NCBI GenBank assembly: GCA_044229975.1
Contig: JBGARZ010000004.1
Coordinates: 505,453-569,452, forward strand
Direction: 5' to 3'
Source: Polyangiales bacterium
GTDB taxonomy: Bacteria; Myxococcota_A; Polyangia; Polyangiales; Ga0077539
Length of the DNA: 64,000 nucleotides
Shown: positions 55,901 to 64,000 of the stretch, in pieces
Position numbering within the stretch: the stretch's first letter is position 1
Layout of the letters: each line of letters starts with the position of its first letter
The notes under the pieces: model-generated
Told to the model about the DNA's origin: nothing
Seen by the model: only the letters and a program-made list of their open reading frames with translations
Database searches by the model: none
Program-made: the position numbers and the translations under genes

Positions 55901-56674
55901 ATGGGCAGGGTCTACGCGATCGCCAACCAGAAGGGCGGAGTCGGAAAGACCACGACCAGCGTGAACCTGGCCGCGTCTCTTGCCGCCGCCGAGAAGCGGG
56001 TCCTGCTCATCGACATGGACCCGCAGGGCAACGCTGGCAGCGGCGTCGGCGTGAGCGCGGCCGCAGGCACCGTGCGCGGCACCTACGACGTGCTCCTCGG
56101 TCAGGCCCGGTTGGAGGACGTCATCGTCCCGACCCCGCTGCCCACGCTCAAGCTGTGCCCCGCGTCGCCCGCCCTCGTCGGCGCCGAGATCGAGCTCATC
56201 GACCGCGAGCGCCGCGACCTCCTCCTGCGCGATGCGCTCGAGCGCGTCCGCAAGCGCTACGACTACGTCATCCTCGACACGCCGCCGTCGCTCGGGCTGC
56301 TGACCCTCAACGCCCTCATCGCGGCCGACGCGGTGCTCGTCCCGATGCAGTGCGAGTTCTACGCGCTGGAGGGCATCGCGCAGCTCGTCGGAACCATCGA
56401 GCGCGTGAAGGCCACCCGCAACCCGAAGCTCTCCATCGAAGGCGTGCTGCTCACGATGTACGACCCGCGCAGCAACCTTGCGCGCCAGGTCGCGGACGAG
56501 CTTCGCAAGCACTTCCGGGTGTTCGACAACGTGGTGCCGCGCAACGTGCGGCTGAGCGAGGCACCCTCCTTCGGCAAGCCGGTGCTCCTCTACGACGTGG
56601 CCTCCAAGGGATGCCAGGCCTACCTGGCCTTCGCGAAGGAGCTCATGGGCCAGAAGGCCGAGGCGCGGTCATGA
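55901..56674 (+). CDS. parA: Chromosome partitioning ATPase ParA/Soj
   Basis: NQKGGVGKTT, DMDPQGN, DTPPSLG, PRNVRLSEAPSFG. GAGGA RBS. Confidence 0.97.
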   Translation: MGRVYAIANQKGGVGKTTTSVNLAASLAAAEKRVLLIDMDPQGNAGSGVGVSAAAGTVRGTYDVLLGQARLEDVIVPTPLPTLKLCPASPALVGAEIELIDRERRDLLLRDALERVRKRYDYVILDTPPSLGLLTLNALIAADAVLVPMQCEFYALEGIAQLVGTIERVKATRNPKLSIEGVLLTMYDPRSNLARQVADELRKHFRVFDNVVPRNVRLSEAPSFGKPVLLYDVASKGCQAYLAFAKELMGQKAEARS

Positions 56675-57612
56675 GCAACGACAAGGACAAGAACAAGAAG
56701 CCCGCCGAGCCGGTGAAGGAGACCCGTCGTGCGCTGGGCCGCGGGCTCGACGCGCTGCTCCCGGTGACGCAGATCGCGGCGGCCGCGGCGGCTCGGGCGG
56801 AGAGCCCGTACCAGCTCGTGGGCATCGAGCGGGTCCACCCGCGGCGCGATCAGCCGCGCAAGCGCTTCGATACGACGGCTCTCGACGAGCTCGCGCGCAG
56901 CATCGAGGAGCAGGGGCTCATCCAGCCGCTGGTGGTTCGCCGCAACGAGGACGGCGAAGGCTACGAGATCATCGCGGGCGAGCGGCGCTGGCGAGCGGCG
57001 CAGCAGGCGGGGCTGCGCGAGGTTCCGGTCGTCATCAAGGACGTCGACTCGGAGGACGCCTTCGAGCTGGCCCTCGTCGAAAACGTCCAGCGGCAGGACC
57101 TCGACCCGGTGGAGACCGCGAGCGCCTACCGTCGCTTGATGGACGAGCACAAGTACACGCAGGACGAGCTCGCGCGCCGCATCGGGAAGGACCGCTCGAC
57201 CATCGCCAACACCCTGCGGTTGTTGCAGCTCCCTGACGAGGTGCAGAACCGGGTGGTCTCACGCGAGCTGAGCGAGGGCCACGCGCGGGCGATCCTGTCG
57301 CTGAAGGAGCCCGGCGAGATCACGAAGCTGGCGCGCGTCGCGGCCGAGAAGGGCTGGTCGGTACGTCAGACGGAGCAGTTCGCGCGGCGCAAGCTGGAGG
57401 GCCCGAAGCCCGCGCCGACCGGGGAGCCGAAGGACACCGCTCCGTCGGCGTCGTCGGCCAACGTGCGCGACCTGGAGAAGAAGCTGGAGACGGCGCTCGG
57501 GATGCCCGTCGCGATTCGCACCGACGGCGCGATGCGCTCGGGCACGGTGGAGATCGGCTTCGACGACCTCGACCAGCTCGATCGCTTCTTGAAGCGCGTC
57601 CTGGGCGAGTGA
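56671..57612 (+). CDS. parB: Chromosome partitioning protein ParB/Spo0J
   Basis: LGRGL, QPR, IIAGERRWRA, ENVQR, HTH 'GKDRSTIANTLRLL'. ATGA overlap with parA. Confidence 0.97.
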   Translation: MSNDKDKNKKPAEPVKETRRALGRGLDALLPVTQIAAAAAARAESPYQLVGIERVHPRRDQPRKRFDTTALDELARSIEEQGLIQPLVVRRNEDGEGYEIIAGERRWRAAQQAGLREVPVVIKDVDSEDAFELALVENVQRQDLDPVETASAYRRLMDEHKYTQDELARRIGKDRSTIANTLRLLQLPDEVQNRVVSRELSEGHARAILSLKEPGEITKLARVAAEKGWSVRQTEQFARRKLEGPKPAPTGEPKDTAPSASSANVRDLEKKLETALGMPVAIRTDGAMRSGTVEIGFDDLDQLDRFLKRVLGE

Positions 57613-57619
57613 CCCCGCG

Positions 57620-60600
57620 TCACCCCCCGCGCCGCCACCCCATCATCGCCACCGAGAATCCAAACCGCGACCCCGCCACCGGCCCGTCGATGACCACCGG
57701 CGCGCCGAGACCCACGGCGCTCCCGCGGTACACCAGCAGCCGCCCCTGGAAGCTCAAGAAGCGCTCCGCCGCGAAGCCCACGTCCGCGTAGCCGTCGCGG
57801 TCGACGTCCCGCGCACCCGCGAGTCCGCCGCCGAAATACGACCCCATGGCCATGCCGTCGAAGGACTGCGCCGCCATGTCCCCGACCCCCGTCGTCGACC
57901 CCAGGAACACGTACGCCGCGCCCGTGTACGACGTCCGCCGCGGCGCGCCCACGAGCAGCTCGTCGTCGCCGTCGCCGTCCACGTCGCCCGCCGCGCCGAG
58001 CACTCCGCCGAAGTCCGATTCCATGCCGCCCGCACCCGGCACCACCACCGCGGCCTCGGTCACGCGCAGCGAACGATCGCCCTGGTACACGTACACCCGG
58101 CCGCGAGCGCCTTCGTAGCCCGGTGATCCCACCGCGAAGTCTGGCAGTGCGTCGCCGTTGGTGTCGCCGATCCCCGCTACAGCCGCGCCGAACTGCCCGC
58201 CCTCCACGCGGGTGAGGCGCAGCGTCGCGCTCGACGACAACCCGAAGGTGGCGCCCGCGAAGAGGTACGCCGCGCCCGCGCCGTCGGCGCCGATGATGAG
58301 GTCGCTGTCGCCGTCGCCGTCGAGGTCGCCCGCGTTGGCGGCCGAGATGCCGAAGCGCACCATGGTCGCCTCGTTGGGGATGAGCACCGAGGTCGGCGAC
58401 GCGGCGATGCCTGTCGACGACCCGAGGTAGAACAACACCCTGCCTGTCGTGGTGGCCGCAGGCGCGCCGACAATGAGGTCCCCGAAGCCATCGGCGTTGA
58501 TGTCGCCGGCGCTCGAAACCACCGAGCCGAAGAGCGATCCCGCGTCGCCGATGCCCGTCAGCGTCGAGCTCGGCGTCGTCCGCAACCCACCCGGTCCGCC
58601 GAGGTACACGAACACCTGTCCGACCTCGCGCATCGCCGACGGCGCCCCGATGGCGAGGTCGCAGAACCCATCCCCGTTGACGTCCCCGATGGCCGCCACG
58701 GAGAACCCATAGAGCGCCGCGGTCGTCGGCGGAACCAGCGTCAACGCCCCCGCCGCCTGCAACCCCGTGGCGCTCCCTTGATAGACGGTGACGCCCGGCC
58801 CAGGCGACGAGCGGAAGGGCATCCCCACTGCGAGGTCGTCGTACCCATCGCCGTTGAAATCCGGAACCACCCCCCACATCGCCCCGGCCGGCGCGGTCAT
58901 GCCCGTCGGCGTGTCGGGACCGTTGCTCGCAAACGACCACACCGCGCTCGACGCGGCGCCCGCGCGCAGGCGCCAGAAGACCGTTCCGCGTGGGAGGTCG
59001 ATCGTTGGTGCGCCGCGTCCACCGCGGGGTCGCAGCGTGGTGATGACCGTGGCGCAGGCGCGGTCGCGGCAGACCTCCACCACCGAGTCCGTCGCGTCGG
59101 GGTCGGCGTCCATGGGAAACACCCAGCGCAGCAGCGGTCGCCGACTGGTGACGTGCACGTTGGACGGCGGCCACTCCAATCGCGGGAGCTCCCGGCACTG
59201 CCCGCCTGCCAACACGTATCCCTCGTCGCACTCGAACCCGCAACTCCCGGTCACGCAGGTCGCGCGGCTGTGGGCGGGCACCACGCACGGAGTACATCGC
59301 GCCCCGCACGAAGCCGGATCATCGTCGCGCGAGCAGTCGTCGCCGCAGCGGTGCGTGCCCGTGTTGCAGGTCACTCCACAGGTCGCCGACACGCAGGTCG
59401 CGACCCCGTTGGCCGGAACCCGACAGCGCGTACACGACGGCCCGCACCCGAGCGGCGAGGTTCCGTCCGAGCAGGCGTCGCCGCAGCGGCGATAGCCCGT
59501 GTTGCAGGTGAAATCGCAGCGGTTGGCGGCGCACACCGGCGCGCCGTTGGCGGGCGTCGCGCAGGGCTCGCAGCGGTCACCGCACGAGCCGAGCGCGTCG
59601 TTGGGCAGGCATCGTTCGCCGCACAGGTGGAAGCCCGTGTTGCAGGCGATGAGGCAGCTCCGGCTGACGCACGCGACCGTTCCGTTGGTGGGCGTGGGGC
59701 AGGGCTGGCAGCGGTCGCCACACGTCGCGAGGGCGTTGTTGGAGACGCAGCGATCGGCGCAGCGGTGGGTGTCAGCGGGGCAGGTGAAGTCGCAGACGCC
59801 GACGGTGCCCATGAGGTTGCAGCGCGCGGTGGCGCCCATCGGGGCGACGCAGGCGTCGCAGCGGGTTCCGCACGAGGCGGGGCTGTTGTCGGCGAGGCAT
59901 TGGGTGCCGCAGCGGTGGGTGCCCGCGGCGCACGGAGCGACACAACGGCCGTCGGTGCACTGGGTGCCGGTGGCGCAGGCCATGCCGCAGCCACCGCAGT
60001 GGGCGTTGTCGACGCGGCTGTTCACGCAGCCGACGCCGGGGCAGTACGACTGCGGCGACGAGCACCCGCAGACGCCGTCGCGACAGAACGACCCGGCCGC
60101 GCACGCGACGCCACAGCGCCCGCAGTTTTCGGAGTCGCTGCGGGGGTCGACGCAGCGGTCGGCACACAGGGTCGCGCGATCGGCGGGGCATTGGCAGGCG
60201 CCGCCGCGACAGCTCCGCCCGGAGCCGGTGGCGCCGCAGGGCGTCTCGGCCGGGAGCTCGTCATAGACGCACACCCGCAGCGTGGTGTTGCAGCGCTCGG
60301 CGACGGTGCAGGTGTCGTCGTCGCGGCAGGCCCCGTCGTCGGTACACGGTCGCACGGCGCGGCAGCCGCGGTTGACCTCGCAGGCCGAGCCGGTGGGACA
60401 GAGCGCGCTGGAGGGCGTGTGTTCGCAGCGGCCGGCGCGGCAGGCGTCGACGGTGCAGGACACCTCGTCGGTGCACTCGTTGTCGGTGCGACAGCCCGGC
60501 GGCGGGACGTCGACGACGTCGCGTGGGGCGACGCGATCGACGGTGACGTCTTCGGTGGAGGCATCGAGCTGTGGTGGGCCCACGACGGACTCACCCGGCG

Positions 60601-60649
60601 CGCAGCCGAGGGCGAGGAGCAAGGCGAGCGGCGTGAGGCGCGACGACAT
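57620..60649 (-). CDS. Lipoprotein with Cys-rich repeats and integrin-alpha-like FG-GAP propeller
   Basis: Lipobox ALGC, 'NCG.CG..C' and 'SCG.RC..C' repeats, multiple 'FG...GD.(N/D)GDG..D...GAP' blades. ATG at 60649. Confidence 0.88.
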   Translation of the reverse strand: MSSRLTPLALLLALGCAPGESVVGPPQLDASTEDVTVDRVAPRDVVDVPPPGCRTDNECTDEVSCTVDACRAGRCEHTPSSALCPTGSACEVNRGCRAVRPCTDDGACRDDDTCTVAERCNTTLRVCVYDELPAETPCGATGSGRSCRGGACQCPADRATLCADRCVDPRSDSENCGRCGVACAAGSFCRDGVCGCSSPQSYCPGVGCVNSRVDNAHCGGCGMACATGTQCTDGRCVAPCAAGTHRCGTQCLADNSPASCGTRCDACVAPMGATARCNLMGTVGVCDFTCPADTHRCADRCVSNNALATCGDRCQPCPTPTNGTVACVSRSCLIACNTGFHLCGERCLPNDALGSCGDRCEPCATPANGAPVCAANRCDFTCNTGYRRCGDACSDGTSPLGCGPSCTRCRVPANGVATCVSATCGVTCNTGTHRCGDDCSRDDDPASCGARCTPCVVPAHSRATCVTGSCGFECDEGYVLAGGQCRELPRLEWPPSNVHVTSRRPLLRWVFPMDADPDATDSVVEVCRDRACATVITTLRPRGGRGAPTIDLPRGTVFWRLRAGAASSAVWSFASNGPDTPTGMTAPAGAMWGVVPDFNGDGYDDLAVGMPFRSSPGPGVTVYQGSATGLQAAGALTLVPPTTAALYGFSVAAIGDVNGDGFCDLAIGAPSAMREVGQVFVYLGGPGGLRTTPSSTLTGIGDAGSLFGSVVSSAGDINADGFGDLIVGAPAATTTGRVLFYLGSSTGIAASPTSVLIPNEATMVRFGISAANAGDLDGDGDSDLIIGADGAGAAYLFAGATFGLSSSATLRLTRVEGGQFGAAVAGIGDTNGDALPDFAVGSPGYEGARGRVYVYQGDRSLRVTEAAVVVPGAGGMESDFGGVLGAAGDVDGDGDDELLVGAPRRTSYTGAAYVFLGSTTGVGDMAAQSFDGMAMGSYFGGGLAGARDVDRDGYADVGFAAERFLSFQGRLLVYRGSAVGLGAPVVIDGPVAGSRFGFSVAMMGWRRGG

Positions 60650-60749
60650 GGCGATGAAGGGGGCCGACGATACCGCGAACCCCGCGCGGGCGGAGAACCG
60701 CAGGATGACCGTGGTAGCGTTTCGCGCCGAGCGAGAAGGAGAGCGCGAC

Positions 60750-62333
60750 ATGACGAGCGATGGGTTCTGGTGCGTGGAGGACGAGGCCCTGGGGTTGACC
60801 GTCGACCTGACGGCGATGGCGCTGGACGCCGCGGCGGTCGAGGCGTTGGGCCCGAAGCTGGCCGAGGCGCAGCGGGCGATGGCGGCGCTCGAAGCGGGCG
60901 CCATCGCCAACCCCGACGAGAACCGCCGGGTGGGTCACTACTGGCTGCGCGCGCCCGAGCTGGCGCCGGACGCCGAGCTGCGCGCCGTCATCGAGGAGGC
61001 GAGGCGCTCGGTGGTGGAGTTCGCGGCGAAGGTTCACTCGGGCGCGGTGTCGTCGCCTGGTGGAAACCGCTTCGAGCAGGTGCTGGTGGTAGGCATCGGC
61101 GGGTCGGCACTGGGGCCGCAGTTCGTGTCGCACGCGCTGGGTCACGCGAGCGACCGGGTGCGCGCGTACTTCGTGGACAACACCGACCCCGACGGCATCG
61201 ACCGGGCGGTGGCGCGGCTGCGGGCCGGTGCGGGCCTCGCATCGACGCTCACCGTGGTCATCTCCAAGTCGGGCGGAACCAAGGAGACCCGCAACGGTAT
61301 GCTGGAGGTAGCGCGCGCGTACGAGCGTGATGGTCTGGTGTTCGCGGGGCACGCGGTGGCGGTGACGGGGGAGGGGAGTGAGCTCGACAAGTACGCGCGC
61401 TCGCAAGGGTGGCGCGCGATCTTCCCGATGTGGGACTGGGTCGGCGGTCGCACGTCGGAGCTGTCGGCGGTGGGCTTGCTCCCGGCCGCGCTGCACGGCG
61501 TCGACGTCGAGTCGATGCTCGCGGGCGCGCGAGCGATGGACGAGGCGACGCGGCGCGACGGGTGGAAGGACAACCCTGCGGCGGCGCTGGCGCTCGCGTG
61601 GCACGTGACCGGCGGTGGCAAGGGCGACCGCGCGATGGTGGTGCTCCCCTACAAGGATCGGCTGGAGTTGTTCTCGCGCTACCTCCAGCAGCTCGTGATG
61701 GAGTCGCTGGGCAAGGCGACGGACCTCTCCGGGGCGCCGGTGAAGCAGGGCATCGCGGTGTTCGGCAACAAGGGCTCGACCGACCAGCACGCCTACGTGC
61801 AGCAGCTCCGGGATGGCCGCGACGACTTCTTCGTGACCTTCATCGAGGTGCTGAAGGCGCGGGCGGGCGAGTCGATGCGCGTCGATCCTGGGGTGACGTC
61901 CAACGACTACCTGTTCGGGTTCATGGAGGGCACGCGGCGGGCGCTCGCGGACAAGGGGCGTCCGTCGCTCACGGTGACGCTGCGCGAGGCCGACGCGCGC
62001 GGCGTGGGGATGCTCATCGCCCTCTATGAGCGGGCGGTCGGTCTCTACGCGTCGCTGGTGAACATCAACGCGTACCACCAGCCTGGTGTCGAGGCGGGCA
62101 AGCGCGCGGCGACGGAGGTGCTGGCGTTGCAGGCGCGCGTCGAGGCGGCGCTGCCCGTTGGCGATGCCGAGGCGCTCGATGCTGTGGGTGTGGCGAAGGC
62201 GCTGGCTGTCGAAGACGTGCTGTTGGTGGCGCGCGTGTTGAGGCACCTCGCGTCGAGTGGTGAGCACACGGTGTCGCGCGTGATGGGAACTGGACTCATG
62301 GCCTCCAGGTATTGCAGCCGCCGCGCGAGTTGA
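60750..62333 (+). CDS. pgi: Glucose-6-phosphate isomerase
   Basis: [50 protein letters not shown]. Confidence 0.95.
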   Translation: MTSDGFWCVEDEALGLTVDLTAMALDAAAVEALGPKLAEAQRAMAALEAGAIANPDENRRVGHYWLRAPELAPDAELRAVIEEARRSVVEFAAKVHSGAVSSPGGNRFEQVLVVGIGGSALGPQFVSHALGHASDRVRAYFVDNTDPDGIDRAVARLRAGAGLASTLTVVISKSGGTKETRNGMLEVARAYERDGLVFAGHAVAVTGEGSELDKYARSQGWRAIFPMWDWVGGRTSELSAVGLLPAALHGVDVESMLAGARAMDEATRRDGWKDNPAAALALAWHVTGGGKGDRAMVVLPYKDRLELFSRYLQQLVMESLGKATDLSGAPVKQGIAVFGNKGSTDQHAYVQQLRDGRDDFFVTFIEVLKARAGESMRVDPGVTSNDYLFGFMEGTRRALADKGRPSLTVTLREADARGVGMLIALYERAVGLYASLVNINAYHQPGVEAGKRAATEVLALQARVEAALPVGDAEALDAVGVAKALAVEDVLLVARVLRHLASSGEHTVSRVMGTGLMASRYCSRRAS

Positions 62334-62414
62334 CCGAAAACGGATGTGTGCAGGCTTCTTGGCGGCGGCCGATCAGCGCGGCCTAAATGGGCGCGAGGAA
62401 GAGGGACCACACCG

Positions 62415-63281
62415 ATGAGCTCTGAACTGACCGTGCGACAGAAGATCCTGATGGCCGCCGTTGCCATGGGCAGCGAGCCCGAGACCTTCTCCGTGGAAGA
62501 CCTGATCGTGCGGTCGTGGAAGATGTTCCCGGAGTCGTTCTCGCTCCGGGGCTTCGAGCGGCTGTACCCCGACTCCAACCGCGTGCTGGCGAAGCTCTCC
62601 GGCGCCGACGGCCTGTGCGGCCTCGGTTGGCTGGAGCACACCGACCAGCGCACCTACCGGCTGTCCCGCAAGGGCCGCACGGTGGCGCGCACGCTCGCGA
62701 CCATCCAGGACACCGCCGGGGTCGAGGCGACCACCGCAACTGCGGCTGAGATCGTCGAGGAGAAGCCCGCCGTCGTGGAGGCGCCGAGCATGCGCCCGGC
62801 CCCGCTGCGCGTGGCGAGCGAAGCCCCCGCGGCGCCCGCCGTCGCGAAGGTCGCTCCTGTGAAGGAGAGCCGTCCCGCGCCGGTGCGCGCGGCGAAGCCC
62901 GCGAAGGTCGTCGCGGCCGTGGTCGAGTCGCGGCCGATGACCAGCACGGCGACGCTCACGCCGGTGGACGTCAACGCGCTCCAGCAGGTGGCGAAGGCCG
63001 ACGCGCTGCGGAAGTTCCTTCGTGGTCAGCCGCTAACCTTCTCCGACGCGTGCACCTTCTGGGGCTTCTCGTCGTCGAGCCGCCCCGCGGTGGTGCAGCA
63101 GCGCCTCGACATGACCACCGACCTCCTGAAGCGGGCGGTGGAGAGCTTCTCCAACGGCGTCGACGCGCGCATCCCGCCGCTGTCGACCTGCTACGGCCTC
63201 TTCAACCTCAACCGGCTGATGGCGGAGAAGTTCGCGCGCGAGCTCGAAGGCCTTCGTCTGCCGGCGGTTTCGACGGGCTGA
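62415..63281 (+). CDS. Hypothetical protein: N-terminal winged-helix-like domain, Pro/Ala linker, C-terminal helical domain
   Basis: ATG at 62415 with GAGGG RBS. 'GWLEHTDQRTYRLSRKG' wing-like motif. Confidence 0.7.
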   Translation: MSSELTVRQKILMAAVAMGSEPETFSVEDLIVRSWKMFPESFSLRGFERLYPDSNRVLAKLSGADGLCGLGWLEHTDQRTYRLSRKGRTVARTLATIQDTAGVEATTATAAEIVEEKPAVVEAPSMRPAPLRVASEAPAAPAVAKVAPVKESRPAPVRAAKPAKVVAAVVESRPMTSTATLTPVDVNALQQVAKADALRKFLRGQPLTFSDACTFWGFSSSSRPAVVQQRLDMTTDLLKRAVESFSNGVDARIPPLSTCYGLFNLNRLMAEKFARELEGLRLPAVSTG

Positions 63282-63302
63282 TACGAATTGTTGGAGGAGT
63301 TG

Positions 63303-63650
63303 TTGACGGCGTTCTGAGACGCGCGTAGACACCGCCTCCCGCTGACGGACGGGCCCCGAAAGGAGCCCACCACAGAGGGAAAAAGGGATCCGGCAACGAA
63401 ATAAAGTTGACGCCCCGAGGGAAGCGAGTAGAAAGCGCCTCCCGCCGACGAAAGGCCCCGAAAGGGACCAAGCGACGGCGAAAGAAAAGGGATCCGGCAA
63501 CGAAATAAAGTTGACGCCCCGAGGGAAGCGAGTAGAAAGCGCCTCCCGCCGATGCAAAGGATCCGAAAGGAACCGAGCGACGGCAGAAAAAAGAAGCCGA
63601 CGACGAAATAAAGTTGACGGCGGACCGAGAGCGAGTAAAACCGCCCTCCC
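63303..63650 (+). promoter_or_regulatory. Four tandem sigma70-type rRNA promoters
   Basis: TTGACG at 63303, 63407, 63511, 63614, each with a TA(G/A)A-type -10 box 16-17 bp downstream and a GC-rich discriminator. Confidence 0.75.
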
Positions 63651-63728
63651 CGACGGCGAGACGGAGGTCGCGAAAGCGACACCAACGCCAGAGGGAACAA
63701 GCCCGAAAGAACCCCTGAGGTTCGACCC

Positions 63729-63741
63729 GGTCTTTGAAAAT
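63729..63741 (+). promoter_or_regulatory. rrn boxA antitermination element
   Basis: GGTCTTTGAAAAT in the rRNA leader. Confidence 0.7.
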
Positions 63742-63976
63742 CAGGTTGCAAGGAGACTTCAGACATCACCTGTCTGGAGTCCACGGACGGCGGCTCTCGG
63801 CAACGAGGGACCGACGTCGGTAGAAGAATCGTACACGCAAACGGGTACGGCGCTCTCGGAAGAGAAGCGTACGACTCGTGTTAATGAATCGAGCAATCAA
63901 CGATCGAACAGGTCGGAGAAAGCTCACCAGTCTGCCGCCAAGATGGAGCCTTCGGGTTCTCATCTAGCAACAGAAT

Positions 63977-64000
63977 CAACTGGAGAGTTTGATCCTGGCT
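63977..64000 (+). rRNA. rrs: 16S rRNA, 5' end (truncated by window)
   Basis: AGAGTTTGATCCTGGCT (27F primer site) at 63984-64000, preceded by promoters and boxA. Confidence 0.93.

Noticed and set aside
63381..63650. Repeat-spacer pattern resembling a CRISPR array
   Set aside because: Units are ~68 bp, contain -35/-10 boxes, have related linkers and precede boxA and 16S. No cas genes are present.
63191..63963. Minus-strand ORFs over the rRNA leader
   Set aside because: Their repeated peptides derive from the promoter repeats, and the region is a non-coding rrn leader.
1..64000. Many long Arg/Ala/Pro-rich overlapping ORFs (e.g. 19685-22075, 27985-30108, 58778-61330)
   Set aside because: Shadow ORFs expected at very high GC. 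They overlap motif-bearing genes and have no recognisable domains.

Overview
Very GC-rich bacterial chromosomal segment. Its gene content points to Myxococcota, probably Polyangia-like: many Cys-rich/VWA/FG-GAP lipoproteins, an AgmX/TonB-C-like protein and a sigma54 bEBP. About 50 CDS are present, including thrA, a LysR/NmrA pair, PlsC, rhomboid, two His kinases, MoxR, Mrp/ApbC, tdk, a radical SAM protein, parAB and pgi. The window ends in an rRNA leader and the first ~24 nt of a 16S rRNA gene. Highlights: (1) a translationally coupled, partly low-GC three-gene module at 2179-4600 (PD-(D/E)XK-like nuclease, helical TPR-like protein, KaiC/RAD55-like ATPase), a candidate undescribed defence/TA system; (2) two ~225-bp nested-palindrome elements with compensatory changes bracketing lysR/nmrA; (3) a protein built from four ~90-aa 'FAGxSRxTR' repeats; (4) a 51-aa hyper-acidic ORF missing from the ORF track, upstream of a radical SAM and an M3-like gene; (5) four tandem rRNA promoters at a 103-104 bp period; (6) a kinase/pseudokinase pair, a clan-CD-like protease lipoprotein and a cluster of ECM-like lipoproteins. 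No CRISPR array, tRNA or intact transposase was seen. All family calls come from reading motifs by eye, not from database searches.
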